The translations under genes and the position numbers were made by a program. The notes beneath the pieces are model-generated. The model made no database searches, was not told where the DNA came from, and saw only the letters and a program-made list of their open reading frames with translations. This document shows positions 15,801 through 23,858 of a stretch of DNA of 32,000 nt, in pieces; position 1 is the first letter of the stretch, and each line of letters begins with the position of its first letter. The stretch is from Victivallaceae bacterium (lineage in GTDB: Bacteria > Verrucomicrobiota > Lentisphaeria > Victivallales > Victivallaceae). The stretch lies in contig JAZNBV010000035.1 in the NCBI GenBank assembly GCA_045587205.1, positions 3,372 to 35,371 on the forward strand. Reading direction: 5' to 3'.

Positions 15801-16949
15801 TCAGCAGAAACTGTCCACACCCAGCAGCAGCAGCGCCAGATGCTTCTTCAATGCGGGATCTTCAAAATCATCGACCAGCAGCTGACCGGGTGCGTTCATT
15901 TCCGTACCCGCCAGAAGCGGCAGATCTTCATTAGCACATCCGAAAATAAAGCGGTCAAGTTCTTTCTGAAGAGCAGCGGTCTTTTCCGCTGTGCCGCCCG
16001 CCACATTTCGCGCCGGAATCAATGTTGCCGCCACAGTGCCGTATTCCTTATGCAGCGCCAACAGTTCATCAAGCGCGTTTTCCCCGGCAGAAAGACCGTT
16101 GAGCCACGCCAGGGTCGGCTTGGCGCCGCAAGCAGTAATGAACTCGTTCATATCCTTCAAAGTCGGGAAAGATTCCGGAGAAGGCTGCACATACCCCACC
16201 CCGCCGGACTTCATTGTCTTGGATCGGATAACGCCTTCAAGTTTGACCGGGTTATCCAGCAGCTTGGCGGCTTCCTCACAGCTTACGGCAAGTTTGCCGC
16301 TCCAGAACGCAGCCAATTCTGCCTTATCGGCAAAGACCTTTTCCGCAGCGTCGCGGTAGGCACTGCAGACGTGGCGCTCGGTAACATTGCCGAACGGAGT
16401 ATATTTTTTGGCGACTTCATCAAAGTCGATCGTTACCGGAGCAAGGTAGCCGTTGACCAATTCCACCACTTTGCGGGTGCGGTTGTTGGCATTTCTGCGC
16501 AGCATTTCGGCAAATGCTTTCTGCGACGCGGGCACTTTGCCGGATTTGAAACCGCAACCCAGATGATATGCAATCCCCGGTTCGCCGGGCGAATTGATCT
16601 CTTTATCAGCCAATTCCGGCACAAATACGCGCGTTTCCATACCGCAAGTACCGCGTACTTTCAAAAGTTTGAGTGCTTCGCGGAATTCATCCACGCCGTC
16701 AAGTACGTCAAAATCAACCAGACCGACGGCGTAAAAACCCATCTTCTTTGCCAGATAAACTATATAGCTGGGCGAATAACCGTAACCGTTGTACGAAAAG
16801 AAACTGTGGCAGTGCATATTGTGAATGGTGGACTTTTTTGCCGCCTCGATCGCACCTGATTCAAACCCTTCTTTCGCCTCAAGCAGCGCTGCTTTACGCA
16901 CGGCGGGGTCAAAATCGTTCAAACGCATTTCCAACGCTTTTATATCCAT
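15801..16949 (-). CDS. PHP-domain-like metal-dependent phosphoesterase family protein, function unknown
   Basis: 382 aa with a true ATG at 16949. HNMHCHSFFSYNGYGYSPSYIVYLAKKMGFYAVGLVDFD resembles PHP motifs I/II (D.H.HS..S.DG..sp.e.v..A...G..a.aiTDH). The gene is embedded between the aldolase/dehydrogenase gene and rhaB, with 38-nt and 20-nt gaps. Confidence 0.45.
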   Translation of the reverse strand: MDIKALEMRLNDFDPAVRKAALLEAKEGFESGAIEAAKKSTIHNMHCHSFFSYNGYGYSPSYIVYLAKKMGFYAVGLVDFDVLDGVDEFREALKLLKVRGTCGMETRVFVPELADKEINSPGEPGIAYHLGCGFKSGKVPASQKAFAEMLRRNANNRTRKVVELVNGYLAPVTIDFDEVAKKYTPFGNVTERHVCSAYRDAAEKVFADKAELAAFWSGKLAVSCEEAAKLLDNPVKLEGVIRSKTMKSGGVGYVQPSPESFPTLKDMNEFITACGAKPTLAWLNGLSAGENALDELLALHKEYGTVAATLIPARNVAGGTAEKTAALQKELDRFIFGCANEDLPLLAGTEMNAPGQLLVDDFEDPALKKHLALLLLGVDSFC

Positions 16950-16987
16950 AGATCAATCATCCCATATTAGATTTTTATTTGCAAAAA

Positions 16988-18880
16988 TTAATTCAACATC
17001 ACCTGACCGCCGGAAACCGGGATCGCCTGACCGGTTTCATACAGCTGCGCCACGGCGTAAATGATCGCCTTTGCCACGTCAACCGGCAGACAGCCGCGGT
17101 GCATCGGGATCTGTTTTTCGTAAAATTCCTTGACATCGGCAACCGTTTTGGCACCGGGAACCTTACCGGCATTGAGGTACTGGACAAACAGACCCTTTTC
17201 CGGATCGCTCCACAGTGGGCCGTCAAAGAAGTTGCCCGGGCAGACACTGTTGACCTTGATGCGGTCGGCAACCAGTTCCAAGGCAAAACTCTGCGTAAGA
17301 CCGATGGTACCGAACTTGCTGCCGGCGTAAGCGCCGTTACGGTTGGATCCAACCAGACCGGACTTGCTGTTCACCTGAACTATATCGCACCACGAACCGG
17401 TGGCAGAATTCTGCAAACTCATCACCGGAGCAATGTGTTTGACGCACAAAAAGTAACCGCTGTAATTGATATTGGTAACAAAATCCCAATCTTTTTTGCT
17501 CAAACTCTTTACTGAACCGGCTCGCAAAACCCCGGCGTTGGCAACAAACAAATCAGCGCCACCGTAATTTTTCACCACTTCCTGAACCATTGCCGCAACC
17601 GAATCTTCATCGGCAATATTCACTGCCACCCCGGAAGCTCCTGCCCCCAGTTTGGCGGCGGCGGCATTGGCGCCTTCCACATTCATATCGGCAATCACCA
17701 CATCAGCGCCTTCGGCAGCCAATACTTCCGCTATACCGTAGCCGAAGCCCTGCGCTCCGCCGGTAACGACAGCAACTTTTCCGGTCAACGCTTTGGCATT
17801 GCCGGCGGCTACTTTGCTGCGGTAGGATTCCACTTCCCAATTTTCAATAAAACCTCTCTGTGCATCATTGAGGTAATTTGCTCCGCCGAAAGCTCCTGCC
17901 AGACGTTCTACACGCGCTGCGTCGCAAGCCAGCGCCAGCGTAGTAGCCGCACCTTTACCGTTATTACCGGCAGCAAATACGGCTTTGCCGTTTACCGCCA
18001 CAACCTTGGGTTTATAACCTCTGACAGAAACAAACCCGTTGACGGCTTCTGCGGAAATTTCATCGCAGGTCAATGCATAACTTTTGGCATACACAATATG
18101 GTCGGGGGTAAGCGGTCCGGCTGCCGGAACAAAGAACCCGACACTGCGGACTGTTGCCACCGCGCCTTCCGGAGCCAGAAAACCGCGCAGCAGCGGCGCA
18201 TTACTCATAACGCACTCCGTATCGGCATCACCGGCAGCGGCTGCCGCTGTATCGATATTGTTTGCCGCATAGTAGTTTTTAAGCGTACTCATTATATTAT
18301 CGTACGCAGCGGTTACATCATTTGAGCTGTTGCCGCCGACAAATACACCGTGGTTCTGCAAAAAAATCACTGCCGGAGCCGCGCCTTTGCATTTTTTGTA
18401 ATTTTCCACCTGTTCATAAACCACTTTGGCAAGCGTAAAACCGGGATCGACATAATCGATCCACAGCGCTTCAGGAAAGAGTTCCGCGCACTTTGCCGCA
18501 CCGTTTCTGCCGCAGGTCATACCGTTGACCAACGCCGGATGCAGATGCACTACAAAAGTAAAATCCATAATTTCGTGCAGTGGAGCTTCCACCGAAGGTC
18601 TGCCGCTGCTGCCGGGAGCGACGGCGTACGCCATCAGACTCTTGACCCGTGCTTCGCGTTCAGAAGCATCAGCAAAAGAATTCCACGCAAAACATTCGCG
18701 GATGACCGCGCGATCCATCTTGACAAAATTTTCTGCCTTGATTTCCGCCAGACTCACACCGGATGGTTTTACATACAGATATTTTTCATCTTTGTATGAT
18801 GTATTACCACCGCCGGCAAGTACAAATTCAGGATTTTTTCCGTAAAAATTCGACAACTCAACAATTGTTTCCACAGACAT
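16988..18880 (-). CDS. Bifunctional rhamnulose-1-phosphate aldolase / short-chain dehydrogenase (RhaEW / YuxG-type)
   Basis: The N-terminal half is a class II aldolase/adducin-like domain (NPEFVLAGGGNTSYK...YVKPSG). The C-terminal half is an SDR domain (VAVVTGGAQGFGYGIAEVLAAEGADVVIAD, YAGSKFG as the YxxxK motif). The track start at 18901 is TTG. The ATG at 18880 (MSVETIV) has AAGAGG 7 nt upstream. Confidence 0.85.
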   Translation of the reverse strand: MSVETIVELSNFYGKNPEFVLAGGGNTSYKDEKYLYVKPSGVSLAEIKAENFVKMDRAVIRECFAWNSFADASEREARVKSLMAYAVAPGSSGRPSVEAPLHEIMDFTFVVHLHPALVNGMTCGRNGAAKCAELFPEALWIDYVDPGFTLAKVVYEQVENYKKCKGAAPAVIFLQNHGVFVGGNSSNDVTAAYDNIMSTLKNYYAANNIDTAAAAAGDADTECVMSNAPLLRGFLAPEGAVATVRSVGFFVPAAGPLTPDHIVYAKSYALTCDEISAEAVNGFVSVRGYKPKVVAVNGKAVFAAGNNGKGAATTLALACDAARVERLAGAFGGANYLNDAQRGFIENWEVESYRSKVAAGNAKALTGKVAVVTGGAQGFGYGIAEVLAAEGADVVIADMNVEGANAAAAKLGAGASGVAVNIADEDSVAAMVQEVVKNYGGADLFVANAGVLRAGSVKSLSKKDWDFVTNINYSGYFLCVKHIAPVMSLQNSATGSWCDIVQVNSKSGLVGSNRNGAYAGSKFGTIGLTQSFALELVADRIKVNSVCPGNFFDGPLWSDPEKGLFVQYLNAGKVPGAKTVADVKEFYEKQIPMHRGCLPVDVAKAIIYAVAQLYETGQAIPVSGGQVMLN

Positions 18881-18904
18881 AATTTCAGCCTCTTTTTCCA
18901 ATAT

Positions 18905-20146
18905 TCAACGCTTGCTTAAAACTGTTTTTTCGTATTCCCGGATCTGATCGAACCAACCTGAACCCGGTACTTTGCAATATTCACAATATGCTTCCCACAT
19001 TGCCCCCAGCGGCAGAGTTTTGAAATCCTCCAACAGCGCCAGACGGGCGGTATTGTCATTGGATTCTTCGGCTTCACGCAAGGCTTCCACCGGCTCCAGC
19101 GCGGCGGCAAGCAGCGCCTTCTGCATACTGCGCGCGCCGATCGTCCAGGCGCCGATACGGTTGATCGAAGCATCAAAGTAATCCAACCCGATATGCACCT
19201 TTTTATCGTAATTGTACCGCAGTATCTCCTGGGCTATGGCATAAAGTTCATCATTAAGTGTCACCACGTGGTCGCTGTCCCAGCGGACGCCGCGGCTGAC
19301 GTGCAGCAGCAATTCATCTGCAAAAAGCAGCACGCTGGAAATCTTGTCGGAAATAACTTCCGTGGGGTGGAAGTGACCGGCATCCAGACAAACCATCTTG
19401 TTGTTTTTCATACAGTAAGCCAGATAAAACTCGTGCGAACCTACTGTACAGCTTTCCGCGCCGATGCCGAAAAGTTTGCTTTCCACAGCATCGCGGTTGT
19501 AATTCTGATCGATTTTTACAGCAAAAATCTCATCCAGTGATTCCTGAAGTCTGCGGCGCGGTGCTTCCCGGTCAAAGGGCGTATCCTTGAAGCCGTCCGG
19601 CACCCAGAAATTGGTTATGCACGCTGTACCCTGCGCCTTGCCGAACTCTTCAGCAATCTTACGGCAGGCTATACCGTGTTCGATCCAGTATTTGCGTATA
19701 TCCTTATCGGCATTACTCAAAGTAAAACCGTCCGCAGCTTTGGGATGGGCAAAAAATGTGGGATTGAAATCAAGAGCAATATTGTTTTCTTTGCCCCAAT
19801 CAAGCCAATTCCGGAAATTTTCAACAGTTATATTGTTGCGTTCAACCTTACCGGTTTTATCGTATTCAGCATACAATGCGTGCACATTCAGCCGTTTGGT
19901 ACCGGGCACCAGACTCATAACTTTATCGATATCAGCACGCAATTCCTGTGGGGTACGCGCTCTTCCGGGATAATTGCCGGTAACTGCCAGACCGCCGTCA
20001 AGCGAACCGGAATTTTCAAAACCGTTCACATCGTCGCCCTGCCAGCAATGGATGGAAACCGGTATGGCAGCCGCCCGACGGAAAGCGTTTTCCACATCTA
20101 CACCCCAGGCCCGGTAAATTTTTTCAGCTTCACTGAACAATGACAT
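18905..20146 (-). CDS. rhaA: L-rhamnose isomerase
   Basis: 413 aa from ATG 20146 (MSLFSEAEKIYRAWGVDVE...PVSIHCWQGDDVNGFE), which is the typical RhaA N-terminus and length. AAGGAAA lies upstream. The track start at 20245 would run through the terminator hairpin and into the upstream gene. Confidence 0.9.
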   Translation of the reverse strand: MSLFSEAEKIYRAWGVDVENAFRRAAAIPVSIHCWQGDDVNGFENSGSLDGGLAVTGNYPGRARTPQELRADIDKVMSLVPGTKRLNVHALYAEYDKTGKVERNNITVENFRNWLDWGKENNIALDFNPTFFAHPKAADGFTLSNADKDIRKYWIEHGIACRKIAEEFGKAQGTACITNFWVPDGFKDTPFDREAPRRRLQESLDEIFAVKIDQNYNRDAVESKLFGIGAESCTVGSHEFYLAYCMKNNKMVCLDAGHFHPTEVISDKISSVLLFADELLLHVSRGVRWDSDHVVTLNDELYAIAQEILRYNYDKKVHIGLDYFDASINRIGAWTIGARSMQKALLAAALEPVEALREAEESNDNTARLALLEDFKTLPLGAMWEAYCEYCKVPGSGWFDQIREYEKTVLSKR

Positions 20147-20166
20147 AACATTTTCCTTTTTTGAGC

Positions 20167-20199
20167 AAAAAAGGAGCATCACACCAATGCTCCTTTTTT
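20167..20199 (-). terminator. Rho-independent terminator or attenuator between the ROK-like gene and rhaA
   Basis: The stem AAAAAAGGAGCAT (20167-20179) pairs with ATGCTCCTTTTTT (20187-20199) around a 7-nt loop. It has a GC core of 7 bp plus an A/T extension. On the minus strand a U-run follows, then only about 20 nt to the rhaA ATG. Confidence 0.6.
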
Positions 20200-20216
20200 T
20201 TCTTTCTGCATAAAAA

Positions 20217-21611
20217 TTAATCCAACGCCGGCAGACTGGCAGCAATCACCGCCTGACCGTGGCGCTTGAACTGTTCATCGGGAGTACGGAATTCGATCTT
20301 TTCCGCCAATTCCGGGAATTCAGCTTGAAGAACCTTGCGCGCTTCTTCAAGGATAATCTCGCCGCCTTCGCCGGAAGTCACACGACCGAGGATCAAAAGT
20401 TTATTAATGTCGTAGAAATCACTGTAATGACCGACTGCGTAACCGAAACATACACCGATCGAACGGTAGATCGCAGCGGCTTTCGGATCTTTTTCTTTCA
20501 TCATAGCCTGCACCGCTTCCAGACGTTTGGGAAACGGCATATCTTCCGGAAAATCAATCTTGGCAAGTTTGGCAAGACGCGCCACGCCCTGCTGCGAAAA
20601 ATACTGTGCTCCGCAGCCCAGATCGCCGGACCATTCATCAGTTGGCGCATCATCGCGGTAATCCACCGGAGCAAAAGCCAGTTCATTGAGCCAGTCGGTG
20701 ATGTTGCCGTTGGTATTTACATAACCGACTGCGGTACTGGTCCCCATCGACAAACCCAGTACGCCGGTGGATTCCATACTCATAGCGCCGGCAAGTGCAG
20801 TAACTTCACCATCGTTGGCTACGATCAGAGGCACATTGTATTCTTTCTGGATATCGTGGAACAAATTGACGATCTTCGCCTTGAAATCTTCTTTGGAAAG
20901 ACCGCGGAACAACGATGCAATACGCGGAGAGTTATCAACAAACACCCCCGCTGAACTGCCGCCGATGGCATCTACGCGCGGCATTTTTTCTGCGGCGCGG
21001 CGGATACTGCCGGGGATACCGGCAGCGTGATATTCCGGATCTTTCTGAAAATAGGGATCCCACACCACTTCTTCAGTATGCACAACTTTACCGTCGATCA
21101 CAGCCGCACACTTGCGGTCTGATCCGCCAAGGTCAAAACCGATACGGCAGCCGTCAAGATGTCCGCCGAGCTTTACAGAAATTTCCTGCGATTCAGGAGC
21201 TTCGCTCAACGGCACGGAAACAACTTCAAAAGTTTTGTCGTAAACGCGCTCGCCCATAAATTCAAAGTCAAATGCACGCGCACCTTTTTCGCTGTAAACA
21301 GCTTTAAGTTCGCTTGCCAATGCATCGCATCCGGCAATTATCACCTGATAGCCGCCCTTCATCCACAACAGAAACTTGACAATACGTTCAACATATTTCA
21401 AGTTGAGTGCGGCATTTTCGCCTTCGTGCTTGAAAATCGCGGTTTTGTAAGTCGATACCGCACCATTGGCACGCTTGAGCGCAATTACAATATCAAGTTT
21501 ATCTGCGCTTGCCGCCACTGCCTTGCGGTATTCGCGGTTCCACAGCGATGCAGGCACAAATGCCGGATCCAGTTCGCACTGGACTTTCGGAGTTACAACG
21601 ATCTTGCTCAT
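20217..21611 (-). CDS. ROK/ASKHA-family sugar-kinase-like protein with an N-terminal extension of about 150 aa
   Basis: 464 aa with a true ATG at 21611. RIGFDLGGSDRK is a phosphate-1 motif, IVANDGEVTALAGAM is ROK/glucokinase-like, and LGLSMGTSTAVGY is a phosphate-2/adenosine motif. I saw no ROK CxCGxxGC zinc motif and no HTH. Confidence 0.55.
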   Translation of the reverse strand: MSKIVVTPKVQCELDPAFVPASLWNREYRKAVAASADKLDIVIALKRANGAVSTYKTAIFKHEGENAALNLKYVERIVKFLLWMKGGYQVIIAGCDALASELKAVYSEKGARAFDFEFMGERVYDKTFEVVSVPLSEAPESQEISVKLGGHLDGCRIGFDLGGSDRKCAAVIDGKVVHTEEVVWDPYFQKDPEYHAAGIPGSIRRAAEKMPRVDAIGGSSAGVFVDNSPRIASLFRGLSKEDFKAKIVNLFHDIQKEYNVPLIVANDGEVTALAGAMSMESTGVLGLSMGTSTAVGYVNTNGNITDWLNELAFAPVDYRDDAPTDEWSGDLGCGAQYFSQQGVARLAKLAKIDFPEDMPFPKRLEAVQAMMKEKDPKAAAIYRSIGVCFGYAVGHYSDFYDINKLLILGRVTSGEGGEIILEEARKVLQAEFPELAEKIEFRTPDEQFKRHGQAVIAASLPALD

Positions 21612-21644
21612 AATAAATCTATCCTTTTTGATGTATTATTTATT

Positions 21645-23057
21645 TTATTCTCTGCCGTCCCAGCAGTAAGTACATATATCATTGCGGTTGATACCGATAG
21701 CTTCCAGCAAACCGGGCAGTGTCTGATAATACAGGGAATTCAAGCCCAGCTCTTTACGAACTTCTTCGACCATTGCTTTATATTCCTCTGAATCGCTGTT
21801 CAGATATTTGCTGATTATATCCATAGAAAGTTTTTCAACCTTTTCCAACCGGAGGATTGCCCTCCGTGCCGCCAGATCAAGTTCCGAACGCGAACGCGAG
21901 AAATTCAAATATTTGCAACCGAAAAGCAACGGAGGTGATGCCGAACACATATGCACCTCTTTAACCCCCAGATCCAGCAGTTGTTTAACTGTTTCGCGCA
22001 TCTGGGTACCGCGCACAATAGAGTCATCGCAGAACAATATGCGCTTACCTTTAAGCTGACTTTCCACCGGAATAAGTTTCATTTGCGCCACCAGATTGCG
22101 CATTGCCTGATTCTGCGGCATAAAACTGCGCGCCCAGGTGGGCGTATATTTGACAAATGCCCGTTTATAGGGTATCCCTGAAGCATTGGAAAAACCGATC
22201 GCGTGCGGAATACCGGAATCAGGAATACCTGAAACCAGATCCACATCCGGCTTCAGGCTGTGTGCCATAATATCGCCGTTGCGGTAACGCACTTCTTCTG
22301 TATTGACTCCTTCATAACAGCTGGAGGGGTATCCGTAGTAAACCCACAAAAATGCACAGATGCGCTTGCGTTCTCCCGGGGCGCGTTCCTGAATCACAGC
22401 ATCAGGCGTTATACGCACAATTTCTCCGGGACCGAGGTCATATTTTACATTGTACCCCAGATTGGGGAATGCGGTGGTTTCCATAGTTACGGCAAAAGCG
22501 TTTTCTTTTTCGCCAATGATCACCGGAGTTCTGCCGTAGCGGTCGCGCGCGGCATAAATGGCATTGTCTTTGAGCACCAGTATGGAAAGCGAGCCTTCTA
22601 TCGCCGCCTGGGCATACTCCAAGCCGGCTACGATCGAATTCTTCTGATTGATAAGAAATGCCGCCAATTCGGTCTGACTGATCTCGTTATCCGGGTAATC
22701 GGTAAAATGGGTGCGGTTGTCTTCAAAAGCCGCCTTGAGGATACTTGCACTGTTGGTGATCTTGCCCACGGTCACAATGGCGTAGGAACCCAACGGCCCG
22801 GTTATGCTCAATGGCTGACGCTCAAAATCGCTGATGCAGCCGATACCCACATTGCCGTCAAAATAAGCTATATCTTCATCAAAACGGCTCCGGAACTGGG
22901 CATTGGATATACTGTGGGAGCGTTTGAATATGTTCCCGGATGAGTCGATAACCGCCATTCCTCCGAATTTTGTCCCCAGATGTGAATGATAATCTGTACC
23001 ATAGAACAGATCCCCGATACAGTTGCTTTTACCGGCTACACCAAAAAAACCACCCAT
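21645..23057 (-). CDS. PurF-like amidophosphoribosyltransferase lacking the N-terminal Cys nucleophile
   Basis: 470 aa from ATG 23057 (MGGFFGVAGK...); the track start at 23066 is GTG. The PRPP-binding loop is KRILFCDDSIVRGTQMRETV, and the C-terminal CTYCWDG resembles the Fe-S-type PurF CxxC. Where canonical PurF reads CG(I/V)(F/V)G, this protein reads GGFFG. Confidence 0.7.
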   Translation of the reverse strand: MGGFFGVAGKSNCIGDLFYGTDYHSHLGTKFGGMAVIDSSGNIFKRSHSISNAQFRSRFDEDIAYFDGNVGIGCISDFERQPLSITGPLGSYAIVTVGKITNSASILKAAFEDNRTHFTDYPDNEISQTELAAFLINQKNSIVAGLEYAQAAIEGSLSILVLKDNAIYAARDRYGRTPVIIGEKENAFAVTMETTAFPNLGYNVKYDLGPGEIVRITPDAVIQERAPGERKRICAFLWVYYGYPSSCYEGVNTEEVRYRNGDIMAHSLKPDVDLVSGIPDSGIPHAIGFSNASGIPYKRAFVKYTPTWARSFMPQNQAMRNLVAQMKLIPVESQLKGKRILFCDDSIVRGTQMRETVKQLLDLGVKEVHMCSASPPLLFGCKYLNFSRSRSELDLAARRAILRLEKVEKLSMDIISKYLNSDSEEYKAMVEEVRKELGLNSLYYQTLPGLLEAIGINRNDICTYCWDGRE

Positions 23058-23134
23058 ATAAAACACCTTACTCCCGTTACCTGACGACGCCGCGGGGTTA
23101 TTGAATCACAATATCATATACTATTTATGGAGTA

Positions 23135-23162
23135 AATATATATCTTCCGGCTGTTTTTGCAA
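23135..23162 (-). promoter_or_regulatory. Candidate sigma70-type promoter for the PurF-like/ROK-like genes
   Basis: On the minus strand: TTGCAA (23162-23157), N16, TATATT (23140-23135). This predicts a leader of about 70 nt, with GGGAGTAAGG as SD before ATG 23057. Confidence 0.45.
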
Positions 23163-23196
23163 GCATTAAAATGGACTTTTTTACAGGAAAACCGCG

Positions 23197-23239
23197 AAAA
23201 AAATATCCGGCAGGAGTTTTTACCGTCCCTGCCGGATAT
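23197..23239 (-). terminator. Rho-independent terminator of the two-gene cassette
   Basis: A 12-bp perfect stem, ATATCCGGCAGG (23203-23214) with CCTGCCGGATAT (23228-23239), and a 13-nt loop. On the minus strand a T-run follows (complement of the A-run at 23197-23202). It starts 6 nt after the stop at 23245. Confidence 0.75.
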
Positions 23240-23244
23240 TTTAA

Positions 23245-23415
23245 CTACTCAATCGAACGTTCTATATGTTCCAGCCGGTGATGGAAATCATTCATCCGGC
23301 GGTCGCAATCGTGGTAATGGACCCGCGAATTTATATCGCGCCGCAACTGACGCAGTTCCCAAGCCACCCAACCGAGCACAGCGGCGCTGATCAGCTGTAT
23401 CCAGCTTTCGTTCAT
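23245..23415 (-). CDS. Small single-pass membrane protein with a His-rich tail (56 aa), unknown function
   Basis: ATG 23415 is preceded by AAGGAGG (9-nt spacer) and lies 4 nt after the upstream stop. The sequence is MNESWIQLISAAVLGWVAWELRQLRRDINSRVHYHDCDRRMNDFHHRLEHIERSIE. It has one hydrophobic helix, then a charged tail with 5 His and 1 Cys in 19 residues. The track start at 23469 is GTG and would overlap the upstream gene. Confidence 0.5.
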   Translation of the reverse strand: MNESWIQLISAAVLGWVAWELRQLRRDINSRVHYHDCDRRMNDFHHRLEHIERSIE

Positions 23416-23419
23416 CTGC

Positions 23420-23857
23420 TCAAACCTCCTTTCCTGAATGGTTTTTCCGGAAAGACTCCAGCCACGCACTGCGCCCGAATTTACGGGTCATTGCCGCAGC
23501 CATAGTTATCTTGAAAAAACCGTACAATGCAATAATATTCACCCATCGCAATCTGCCGTAACAATGTTTCCAGACGATTTTCAGATTGGCGGCAAATTCG
23601 GCATCCGCCGCCTTGCGGGTAAGTTCACTGCCGTCTGAAAATTCATACCGTACATCGTGGATCGCTGCCGGAGCCGGATAGTTCCGGAAAATCCACGTTG
23701 CAAGTTTGCGCAAATTTTCCGGCCAGCGCTCCGGACCGTAACCGTTGGCAATTCCGGCAAGTTTGCTGCACGGCATATCAGCAAATTCAGTTGGATATTT
23801 CAGATGCAGCGCGGCGGCCTCTTCTTTTATATGTTTTGCCTCGCAATTTTTATACAT
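23420..23857 (-). CDS. Hypothetical 145-aa protein with an HDxxY...AD..F motif (DUF1353-like / phospholipase-A2-like signature)
   Basis: True ATG at 23857 with AAGGGAG 5 nt upstream. GIANGYGPERWP...(21 aa)...AAIHDVRYEFSDGSELTRKAADAEFAANL resembles the G..tDgaSiP...HDy.Y....sR.eAD..f pattern I associate with DUF1353. It also loosely resembles the YxGxG/HDxxY/D triad of small PLA2 domains. A hydrophobic segment lies at the C-terminus. The family call is tentative. Confidence 0.4.
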   Translation of the reverse strand: MYKNCEAKHIKEEAAALHLKYPTEFADMPCSKLAGIANGYGPERWPENLRKLATWIFRNYPAPAAIHDVRYEFSDGSELTRKAADAEFAANLKIVWKHCYGRLRWVNIIALYGFFKITMAAAMTRKFGRSAWLESFRKNHSGKEV

Positions 23858-23858
23858 A

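Noticed and set aside
23058-23134. Possible purine riboswitch in the purF-like leader.
   Set aside because: The predicted leader is only about 70 nt. I could not find the conserved purine-aptamer junction or loop sequences, or a three-way junction. A covariance-model scan would be needed to exclude it formally.
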